A DNA stretch of 24,000 bases from Methanobacteriota archaeon. Its GTDB lineage: Archaea > Halobacteriota > Methanomicrobia > Methanomicrobiales > Methanoculleaceae. The position numbers and the translations under genes are program-made. Location of the stretch: positions 165,344-189,343 of the forward strand of contig JAENYE010000002.1 in NCBI GenBank assembly GCA_016841955.1, written 5' to 3'. Numbering within the stretch: the first letter of the stretch is position 1; each line of letters opens with the position of its first letter. Shown here piece after piece: positions 17,031-23,859 of the stretch. The notes beneath the pieces are model-generated. The model did no database searches. It was not told where the DNA came from and worked only from the letters and a program-made list of their open reading frames with translations.

Positions 17031-17792
17031 ATGTTCGCTACGTTACCCTTAAAATCACGAATGGAAAACTATTTTAAGAGCCTGTTTTTAGTTATTGATT
17101 GTGATCATCGTATGAATGAAGAGATCGATGTCAAAGAACACGCTAAAAATTTAGTCTGTGCCATCCAAGCGTTAACCCCATCGAGGAACCTACTCATTCA
17201 GTTTCTTGCCATGTCATCACTGGACTTTCCAACAATGTACGATACATTTCCAGAGATCCTAAAAGATAAAGAGTGGCGTAAAGCATTGGAAATGGCCTTT
17301 GGCGTATCCTTCGGGGAAAAAGTTGACTTAAACCATGGGAATAACCTGGGCCGTCCTATCGTCGAATTATACGAGAAGGTTTTCAACACGCTCACCGACG
17401 AGAAAGTGCGCGAAGGACTGGCTCTTTTGAGTGGTATCCCTCAGGAAAAAATCCCAAATCCACGTAAGGAATGGATTCATTTACGGTTAGAGGGGCTAGC
17501 ATTGGAACCAAGTGTTGGTGAGGAATCACTTTTAGTACTAAAGACGATAAAGAGAGTTGCTGAAGAAAGGGACTCAGCATATCCACAATATAAATTAAGT
17601 CTGTCAGATGTTGAAGCGTTGACTAATATTGACGAGAGACGCATCCTATCGATTGTAGACCTCTTACTCAAGTATAAATTGGTTGGAAAATCCTCAATTC
17701 GCGAAGATGATGAGGAGGGTCGTTCCATCTGGAAAGATGCGATTGAGTTCGGGACAGATCTTCGAGATGAGGTCGATCTGCTTACAGGATAA
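17031..17792 (+). CDS. Hypothetical protein with a wHTH-like C-terminus (island module 1, gene 1)
   Basis: A 253-codon ORF in roughly 40% GC DNA, which is unlikely by chance. The C-terminal LSLSDVEALTNIDERRILSIVDLLLKYKLVGK resembles a winged-helix recognition unit. An alternative start at ATG 17112 (MNEEIDV) has TATA-like TTTTTAGTTATT/ATTTTAAGAG upstream. Confidence 0.6.
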   Translation: MFATLPLKSRMENYFKSLFLVIDCDHRMNEEIDVKEHAKNLVCAIQALTPSRNLLIQFLAMSSLDFPTMYDTFPEILKDKEWRKALEMAFGVSFGEKVDLNHGNNLGRPIVELYEKVFNTLTDEKVREGLALLSGIPQEKIPNPRKEWIHLRLEGLALEPSVGEESLLVLKTIKRVAEERDSAYPQYKLSLSDVEALTNIDERRILSIVDLLLKYKLVGKSSIREDDEEGRSIWKDAIEFGTDLRDEVDLLTG

Positions 17793-17812
17793 ACCCTAAT
17801 GGCATTACACAG

Positions 17813-19561
17813 GTGTTTCGTGTGCATAAGACGAACCGACTGCATAACCAGGAAGACTACAATAGGCAAGTTCGGGCTAGACGTCAAAATCTAAAACAAG
17901 AACAATCAGAAGGCACCGAGATTCAACGAGAATCCGGCGACTCCCCGCCCGGAGCAGGCTATGAAAAAGAAATAAGTGTTACAGCAGCCCTGTTTGCACG
18001 GCAGTTTCAGAAAATCAAAAGAAGTTCACGAATTCCCCCCGTCAGCCTCAAAGTAAGTGCAAACAGCCCCAAAATCATCATTCATGATGCAGGAGTACAG
18101 GTAGCTAGTAAAAGAATTCCTCCACCGAAGGTTCGAGGATGTGTTGCACCAAAATTGATACTTCCTATAAAGGGTTTTCAGACGCTTGAGGTAGCGCCCA
18201 TTCTGAAACCGATCTCATCGCCATCCAGTATGGTTCCGCCAACGCTCTCGACAGAGCCACTCATGACGGTACAACAGCACCTATCCAACCCCTGCCAGAT
18301 GAGATCCTTACTGACCATAAGACCTACTGAGCGCCACTTGCCGGTACTGAAATGCAGGAAAATTATCACTCAGTGTATGTCACCTTTGGGAGGTTCGAAA
18401 CCGTCAACGCCCCAACCTGAGGAGAGTTCTGATCTACCCCCATTAGATGATGATATATTTGACATATTCTTCCAACAAGAGGGGCCGGGAAGGATCGACG
18501 ATGGTAAGCCAGCTGTAATCTGTGTTGTTGAACCATCAGAGGATAGGGTTTTTGGCTTGATTGAAACGTTTTGCCAGCGGATCTACAGAGAAAAACGCGG
18601 GGGGAACCCCGAACCACTCAAAATAACAAGTCTTTCCGAGCTTAAACCAGAGATACCGTTCCTTCAGGCTTCGAATAAAATCGTGTCCATTCAGTTGACG
18701 AAAGAAGATTGGGTAAAACTGAGTGGAGAGAAGGAGGATTGGGCGAATTTCCAAAACAGGATTGATCAGCTGTATTCCCAAAATTTAGGTTTCATCATTA
18801 TCAACTATCCCCGTCCATTCCGTAGAGCTCCTAGCGCCCATAATGTCCGAGTTATCAATATTTCCCCAAAAATTTTAGATACTAAATGTAAACGAAATTT
18901 TGCGGAACTGGCATGGGGTTTTGTCTGCATCGATGACACGTTAGAGAGATGGGAAGAGATCTTTGAATGCGGGAGGATGCACTATGAAAAAGCACTCGAG
19001 CGCATTCGACGTGAAAACGGCAATAAATGGGAATTGGCAACAAATCACAATGAAAACGGTGAATCCGAGGAACATTTCTCGATCAAGTGCTTCATCGTTA
19101 AAACGCTCACTGAAAAGTATGTGCGGGAGGGTACGCTGGAAACGAATAGCGAACCTTCGGAGATAAAAGAGAAGGTACTCACAGAAGTTAAGGAAGCAAC
19201 ATGCGGGATTGTACCTGACATTACTTATCATGAAAACGAATTTTATGAGATCGAGACCTTGTTTTCTAGCGAAAGGCAGAGTAAGAGCGTAATAAAGAAA
19301 ATTGCTGAAAAGATTGAAGCCTATGAGGGCGTTAGGAAAAAAGTAGTAGTCCATATTGTACTCGAAAATATCACCCTATTAAGGCATCTTAGCGAGATCA
19401 GAGATGTTTTAAAGAATTACCAAAAGTGGCAAAAGACCCACAATATTGACATCCACATCTCGACACTTAATGTCAGGGAGGGAAAACTCGTTTCCCTTCA
19501 GGAGTTTCAGAGATCCCTTCGAAATTTGATGGGAGAATGCAGTAAGGTATCAAATGTGTAG
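17813..19561 (+). CDS. Hypothetical 582-aa protein: P/S/K-rich N-terminal region, unknown middle domain, C-terminal CoiA-like PD-(D/E)XK nuclease signature (island module 1, gene 2)
   Basis: A long ORF that begins 20 nt after the previous stop. The start is GTG 17813, or GTG 17822 which lies 6 nt after AGGTG; the first in-frame ATG is at codon 140. The C-terminus reads EEHFSIKCFIVKTL...LTEVKE...GIVPDITYHENEFYEIETL, giving the pattern H..hK / E / PD / ExE. Confidence 0.65.
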   Translation: MFRVHKTNRLHNQEDYNRQVRARRQNLKQEQSEGTEIQRESGDSPPGAGYEKEISVTAALFARQFQKIKRSSRIPPVSLKVSANSPKIIIHDAGVQVASKRIPPPKVRGCVAPKLILPIKGFQTLEVAPILKPISSPSSMVPPTLSTEPLMTVQQHLSNPCQMRSLLTIRPTERHLPVLKCRKIITQCMSPLGGSKPSTPQPEESSDLPPLDDDIFDIFFQQEGPGRIDDGKPAVICVVEPSEDRVFGLIETFCQRIYREKRGGNPEPLKITSLSELKPEIPFLQASNKIVSIQLTKEDWVKLSGEKEDWANFQNRIDQLYSQNLGFIIINYPRPFRRAPSAHNVRVINISPKILDTKCKRNFAELAWGFVCIDDTLERWEEIFECGRMHYEKALERIRRENGNKWELATNHNENGESEEHFSIKCFIVKTLTEKYVREGTLETNSEPSEIKEKVLTEVKEATCGIVPDITYHENEFYEIETLFSSERQSKSVIKKIAEKIEAYEGVRKKVVVHIVLENITLLRHLSEIRDVLKNYQKWQKTHNIDIHISTLNVREGKLVSLQEFQRSLRNLMGECSKVSNV

Positions 19562-19567
19562 TCTTGA

Positions 19568-19657
19568 TACTCCCTCTTTTACAACAATGAGTGAAATTTT
19601 TCGGAGATGAGGGTTTCAACAGGGCCTAATCCACCAAAATTACATTAAGAGGGAGTA
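19568..19657. terminator. Inverted repeat between the convergent island modules (possible bidirectional terminator or structured element)
   Basis: TACTCCCTCTT (19568-19578) is the exact reverse complement of AAGAGGGAGTA (19647-19657). A second small palindrome GTAAAATCTTTTAC at 19655-19668 overlaps the stop of the minus-strand gene. Confidence 0.3.
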
Positions 19658-19664
19658 AAATCTT

Positions 19665-20597
19665 TTACTTACCCAGTATTTTCCCAACTTCATTTATGAA
19701 GTCATTTTTATTGTAGATTACTTTTCCCTCTGCTGCGCATTTATCCAGATTTAGATCAGCCCTTGAGATTATTTTCATAGTTTTTGGCCAAGTCATATTC
19801 CATGGTACAGAATCGTGAAAATTACTGCCCCGATAGCAGTCTGAAAAGGAAAAGTCATCTTTTACGTCAATAAATTTCTTAAAACTCTTTGAAAAAAAGA
19901 GCTCTTGAAGATTGCTTAAGGACTCTACAACATCTTTTTCTTTTCCTCGTGATCTCATTGCTTGTATTCTCTGATACGTCAATTTCTTGATATTATGGGG
20001 ATTAGTTTCTTTGAGCAAACGAACACCTATCTCTAACTCTTTACGGAAAGATGGAGGAATAACGGTGTTAATATCGTTACTTATGCCAACATCTATGCTA
20101 AAGTCGATATCCTCCAATTCAAGTTTACCATATTTTGTCTTTAGAACGCTGGGATGTTTCAACTCTGCATGAATCCAATATTCATTTTGACTTTCCGTTG
20201 GAACTTCTTTTGCTCGATGCTTTTCTATCAGAGCGTCAAGATAGTTAGGATTCTTTATATCATACTCAAGATCCAACACAAACGTATCAATATCAGACAT
20301 ACATCTTGTATTCAATTCAAACCCATTTGGGGTAACTGTTATCGCTGAGGAAAGATCCTCAAGACTTCTTAGTGGTCTTAGTTTTATCCGTTTTGGAACA
20401 CCATATGGAAATGGAATTTTTTTAGGTACAATACCCCCTTTCGCTTCGAATGCTATGGAATACTTCTGAAGATTCTCTGGACAATATACTACCATCTCCG
20501 GAGGGTATACGGTATATGAGCCTCTTATTGTTTCGTATATCTTTGACGCATTTTTAATAATCTCCTCAGTAACTTTCTGAGCTATTTCATTTACCAT
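19665..20597 (-). CDS. Hypothetical 310-aa protein (island module 2, gene 2)
   Basis: A long ORF in ~35% GC DNA. The start is set at ATG 20597 (MVNEIAQK), which is preceded on the minus strand by GAGGGGGG (20602-20609) with 4-nt spacing. I recognise no domain. Confidence 0.65.
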   Translation of the reverse strand: MVNEIAQKVTEEIIKNASKIYETIRGSYTVYPPEMVVYCPENLQKYSIAFEAKGGIVPKKIPFPYGVPKRIKLRPLRSLEDLSSAITVTPNGFELNTRCMSDIDTFVLDLEYDIKNPNYLDALIEKHRAKEVPTESQNEYWIHAELKHPSVLKTKYGKLELEDIDFSIDVGISNDINTVIPPSFRKELEIGVRLLKETNPHNIKKLTYQRIQAMRSRGKEKDVVESLSNLQELFFSKSFKKFIDVKDDFSFSDCYRGSNFHDSVPWNMTWPKTMKIISRADLNLDKCAAEGKVIYNKNDFINEVGKILGK

Positions 20598-20611
20598 TTT
20601 GCCCCCCTCAA

Positions 20612-21628
20612 TTAACCCCAATTAAAAAGGCAATGGATCGGAATTTTTACAGGAACTGTGCACTCACTAATTTCGACCTCAATAGGTGGTATTTCAATTT
20701 CTGGGTACTCGTTAAAGGCTAAATCGGTTCTTTGAAGGCTTAGATGTATTATTGTTGGGGTTTGTTGAACTTTTAGTACTTCAATCGAGTTATGAATAAC
20801 TATCTTATTTTTCCCTATTGAATCCAAATAATTTAAGAAACTTTCAATCTTTGTAAGTAATTTCAGGTTTTTAAAATAGGAATAGGTAAATGCTAAAGAA
20901 AACTTTTCGTGAAAATCTCCATTTTCTTCAAACTTATTTGAGAGGTTTGAAAATGTTGCATTCATTTTCACTCTCCCTTCTTCATCTAAAGACACTGGAT
21001 TCTTTAGCAAATCAAGCACATCATCAACTACTGCGTTATACTCAACAAATTCTTTCTTTACTTCTTCCATTTCATTTTCAAGATCAACAATAACTTTCTT
21101 TTTAAATTCGCCCATTCCATCAGGAGTTGATAAAATCGCGTCTTCTGAGGGTTGAAGTTTTACTTCAATCAATGCAGTACCCCCTCCACAATTTTTAACA
21201 TTAATTTTCTCACTTAAATGGAACTTCCCTTGTTCACTATCATATCGAATTTTGATTCGTTCAGGGGCACTGATTAGCTCAATATCAGGCCTAAATAAAT
21301 CGATGCTTTTAGGAATTCGTTCTACTTCACCAGTGGCAGTATCTTTTACCTCAAATAAAACAAATTCAATTGCCCTAGGGGTTTCCGATAATTTTGAAGA
21401 AAATACAAAACCTGCATAACCATTGATTTCAAATTGAGATAGCTTAAAGGAGGATTCTTCTATCAGTTCTATACTGCCTTCCGGTACATTGTAAACGTCT
21501 TTCAACTCCAAGTTTTTTGAGAGTGTAAAAGTGATCTCAACTAGATCTGCCTTATTCCATAAAATATGAGCGGGAAAATCATCGTTTTGAATAGATGTAG
21601 TCGGCATATACAGTGATTTTATCTGCAT
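20612..21628 (-). CDS. Hypothetical 338-aa protein, beta-rich N-terminal half and helical middle (island module 2, gene 1)
   Basis: The listed ORF starts at a TTG (21709). ATG 21628 (MQIKSLYMPTT) lies about 27 nt downstream of the minus-strand CATATATACTATT (about 21650-21662), a leaderless archaeal arrangement. The stop at 20612 is 14 nt upstream of the next gene's ATG. Confidence 0.65.
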   Translation of the reverse strand: MQIKSLYMPTTSIQNDDFPAHILWNKADLVEITFTLSKNLELKDVYNVPEGSIELIEESSFKLSQFEINGYAGFVFSSKLSETPRAIEFVLFEVKDTATGEVERIPKSIDLFRPDIELISAPERIKIRYDSEQGKFHLSEKINVKNCGGGTALIEVKLQPSEDAILSTPDGMGEFKKKVIVDLENEMEEVKKEFVEYNAVVDDVLDLLKNPVSLDEEGRVKMNATFSNLSNKFEENGDFHEKFSLAFTYSYFKNLKLLTKIESFLNYLDSIGKNKIVIHNSIEVLKVQQTPTIIHLSLQRTDLAFNEYPEIEIPPIEVEISECTVPVKIPIHCLFNWG

Positions 21629-22128
21629 AATTACCAAAACATTAACATAATAGTATATATGACTTTTCATTAAAACCGATAAACATAAGTTATTTCCATC
21701 AAAAAACAATTAATTACAGCCCGTTATATGGATAAATAAGGAGCCTTCGTTTTTTGAAAGTGTATAATCGTCGCTTAAGCATACAATTGAACGTAGGAGT
21801 GTGGCCCATGCCTTCTGCTCCAGCAATGCCAGAAGGTGGCGAACCGGCCAACCTGATACAACCGTCTCAATGAAACAGGACGATCCCTCGCCCGGTCGGA
21901 AGAGACAGTCATCCAACAAAATCACCCTCTTCCACCAGACAGGCGGCATCCCTCAACCCGCACGCATCCAGAACCATGAACGCACCTGCCCTGAGCACGA
22001 TTCTCACCAGCAAGAAGATGAGGAACTCAATCAGCCTGTCAGGCAGTGTAGAAAGATAGCGACCAAAAACCTTCAGACCAATCCTATTTCGGAAGATACA
22101 TCAGCACTAAAACGGAGCGTGTATTTGT

Positions 22129-22476
22129 ATGTCTTTAACAGAAATAGGCAGCTGTGGGGCGTATTGCGGGACATGCCGGGCATTGAAGGAACAGGCATGC
22201 AAAGGGTGCAAGATCGGCTACGATACCGGCGAGCGGGATATCGATAGGGCCAGATGCAGGATAAAGGTGTGCTGCGTGAAGAAAGGCTATACATCCTGTG
22301 CGGATTGTCCCGAGCTCCATGGATGCCGGACACTGAATGAATTCTATGCTAAAAACGGGTACAAATACAAAAAGTATAAGCAGGCAATCGAGTTCATCGG
22401 ACAAAACGGGTATTCTGCATTTCTCAAGATAGCCGATACCTGGACGAATGCCTACGGAAAATATGAAAATAGGTGA
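22129..22476 (+). CDS. Cys-rich DUF3795-family protein
   Basis: The CGAYCGTCRAL..ACKGC...C.I..CC..KG...CADCPE...C pattern fits DUF3795 as I recall it. 115 aa. GC is intermediate (~48% by eye), below the host genes. Confidence 0.6.
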   Translation: MSLTEIGSCGAYCGTCRALKEQACKGCKIGYDTGERDIDRARCRIKVCCVKKGYTSCADCPELHGCRTLNEFYAKNGYKYKKYKQAIEFIGQNGYSAFLKIADTWTNAYGKYENR

Positions 22477-22503
22477 CCGGGAGGAGTCCTCCGGATAGTA
22501 CCC

Positions 22504-23187
22504 TCACCACACCCCGGGCACCAGCCGGTAGCGCGTCTTCTGCCGGTACTCCGCATACCCCGGGAGTTCCCTCACCAGAACCTCTTCTTCGTTCCGGATC
22601 CGGAGAATGATGAGTACGGGCACGGGGAGGAATACGAAGAGCGCCCAGAAAGACCCGAGGGCGAGCGGTGTTGCAAGAAACATCAGGATCGTTCCCAGGT
22701 ACATGGGATGGCGGACGACGGCGTAGGGGCCGGTCTCGATCACCTTCTGCCCCGCCTCGACCTCCACCACCCGGGCCGCATAACTGTTCTCCCGGATTGT
22801 CAGGAAGAATATGAGATAGCCGAGGAGAACCACTCCGTCGGCCGCGAGGACTACGGCAACCGGCAGATCCGACCACCCGAACCGGTAATCGAGGCCCGGG
22901 ATGACAAAGCCGACGAGGAGGATGATCGTAGAGAGCGTTATGATCGTCCGCTGCTCGCTCTCCTGCTCCCGCGTCTTCATGCGCCGTTCGAGGAGCTCCG
23001 GGTCGTGCCTCACGAGATACAGGACTGCAGAGGCTATGGGGATGAAGAGAACGCCCAGATAAAGCCACCCCTCCCAGTAATGGATCGAACCGGCGGGGAC
23101 GAAGAGGAGCAGGGCTACGACGATGAGCCCCGCGATGAACCTGGCCAGAACTGCTCCCGCCAACCGGGCAGCGCTCCCCTCCGTCAT
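22504..23187 (-). CDS. Isoprenylcysteine carboxyl methyltransferase (ICMT)/phospholipid methyltransferase-family membrane protein
   Basis: Multiple TM segments and the C-terminal signature GPYAVVRHPMYLG...RNEEEVL..ELPGY.EY...TRYRLVPGVW. Confidence 0.75.
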   Translation of the reverse strand: MTEGSAARLAGAVLARFIAGLIVVALLLFVPAGSIHYWEGWLYLGVLFIPIASAVLYLVRHDPELLERRMKTREQESEQRTIITLSTIILLVGFVIPGLDYRFGWSDLPVAVVLAADGVVLLGYLIFFLTIRENSYAARVVEVEAGQKVIETGPYAVVRHPMYLGTILMFLATPLALGSFWALFVFLPVPVLIILRIRNEEEVLVRELPGYAEYRQKTRYRLVPGVW

Positions 23188-23194
23188 AGATACA

Positions 23195-23788
23195 TTACCC
23201 TGCTCTGTTCCTTCTGGGTGTCCTGCTTCGGATCTCTCTCGTTGCTTCCCGAGGTCTGCATGCCTTTGAAGTATTTCTCGATGTTGTCATCTTCGGCTGC
23301 CCTACGCGTTTCCACCAGATTCCCGGTTCTGCAACACTTCCCGAAGTTGTTATCTCCGGTTGCCCTACACCTCTCCCCCCGATCTCCGTATTCCTTCCCG
23401 TCTCTGTGTCGACAGCCGATCCCGCCTCTACCCCGGCACGCGACACCGGAGGTGCCCGACCCTCAGGAATGGCAACATCATTCAGCACCCGAAACAGCCG
23501 CAGCCCCAGATCGGTCGGCTCGTAAAACACCTTCCGTTTATCGGCAAAATCCTCGAATTTCGCAATCTTTCTTGCTACAAGCCCGCCGTCGACAAGACCT
23601 TTCAGGATCGGTCCGATAGTGTTCGGGTTCGCCTTGAATTCGTCTTTAATCTCGCTGAAGTACTTTCTGCCCTCAAGCGTCAAGGCTATGTACACAGCCC
23701 ACCGGAGATCGCTATTCAGTTCCCTCACGGCAGCCCGGGCCTCGTAGGGAACTTCGTTCAGGAATTTTTCAACGACCGTCTGCTCCAT
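23195..23788 (-). CDS. Winged-helix (ArsR/PadR-like) transcriptional regulator with a repetitive low-complexity C-terminal tail
   Basis: The N-terminal ~110 aa read LRWAVYIALTLEGRKYFSEIKDEF..NPNTIGPILKGLVDGGLVARK. The tail contains an imperfect 21-aa duplication. The stop is 7 nt from the ICMT start, so the two are probably co-transcribed. Confidence 0.65.
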   Translation of the reverse strand: MEQTVVEKFLNEVPYEARAAVRELNSDLRWAVYIALTLEGRKYFSEIKDEFKANPNTIGPILKGLVDGGLVARKIAKFEDFADKRKVFYEPTDLGLRLFRVLNDVAIPEGRAPPVSRAGVEAGSAVDTETGRNTEIGGRGVGQPEITTSGSVAEPGIWWKRVGQPKMTTSRNTSKACRPREATREIRSRTPRRNRAG

Positions 23789-23821
23789 ACCTCACCCCAA
23801 CACGGACATTAGTTACATATG

Positions 23822-23859
23822 GCTAACTGATATTAACGATATCGCCAATATCGGTTAGC
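23822..23859. promoter_or_regulatory. 13-bp imperfect inverted repeat in the AT-rich region upstream of the wHTH gene (candidate operator)
   Basis: GCTAACTGATATT (23822-23834) matches the reverse complement of AATATCGGTTAGC (23847-23859) at 12 of 13 positions. The centre contains the palindrome CGATATCG. It lies 34-71 nt upstream of ATG 23788. Confidence 0.35.

Larger units (their letters stand above)
15552..22480. mobile_element. Low-GC genomic island abutting the 3' end of tRNA-Glu (decayed integrated element; no integrase seen)
   Basis: Composition switches abruptly at the tRNA 3' end. The content is orphan ORFs plus an IS256 remnant. The right edge is fuzzy: the AT-rich core ends near 21790, intermediate GC runs to about 22480, and typical high-GC genes resume at 22504. 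Confidence 0.6.

Noticed and set aside
17031-21628. Rx4H (HEPN-like) dipeptide-spaced matches in the island proteins: RKEWIH in the 253-aa protein, RAPSAH in the 582-aa protein, and RGSNFH in the 310-aa protein.
   Set aside because: Rx4H occurs frequently by chance. None has the usual polar residue after the Arg or a recognisable four-helix context, so it is not used for annotation.
21801-22247. A 148-aa plus-strand ORF and the 79-aa minus-strand ORF at 21710-21949, at the island's right margin.
   Set aside because: No start or promoter context and low-complexity R/Q/P-rich translation. The plus-strand ORF runs out of frame into the well-supported DUF3795 gene. More likely this is decayed sequence.
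15552-22600. I searched for a direct repeat of the tRNA-Glu 3' half (att site) and for an integrase or split int gene at the island edges.
   Set aside because: I found none by eye. No ORF lies in 15552-15775, and no tyrosine-recombinase-like motif appears in any island ORF. This is a negative result only, and a computational repeat search is still needed.
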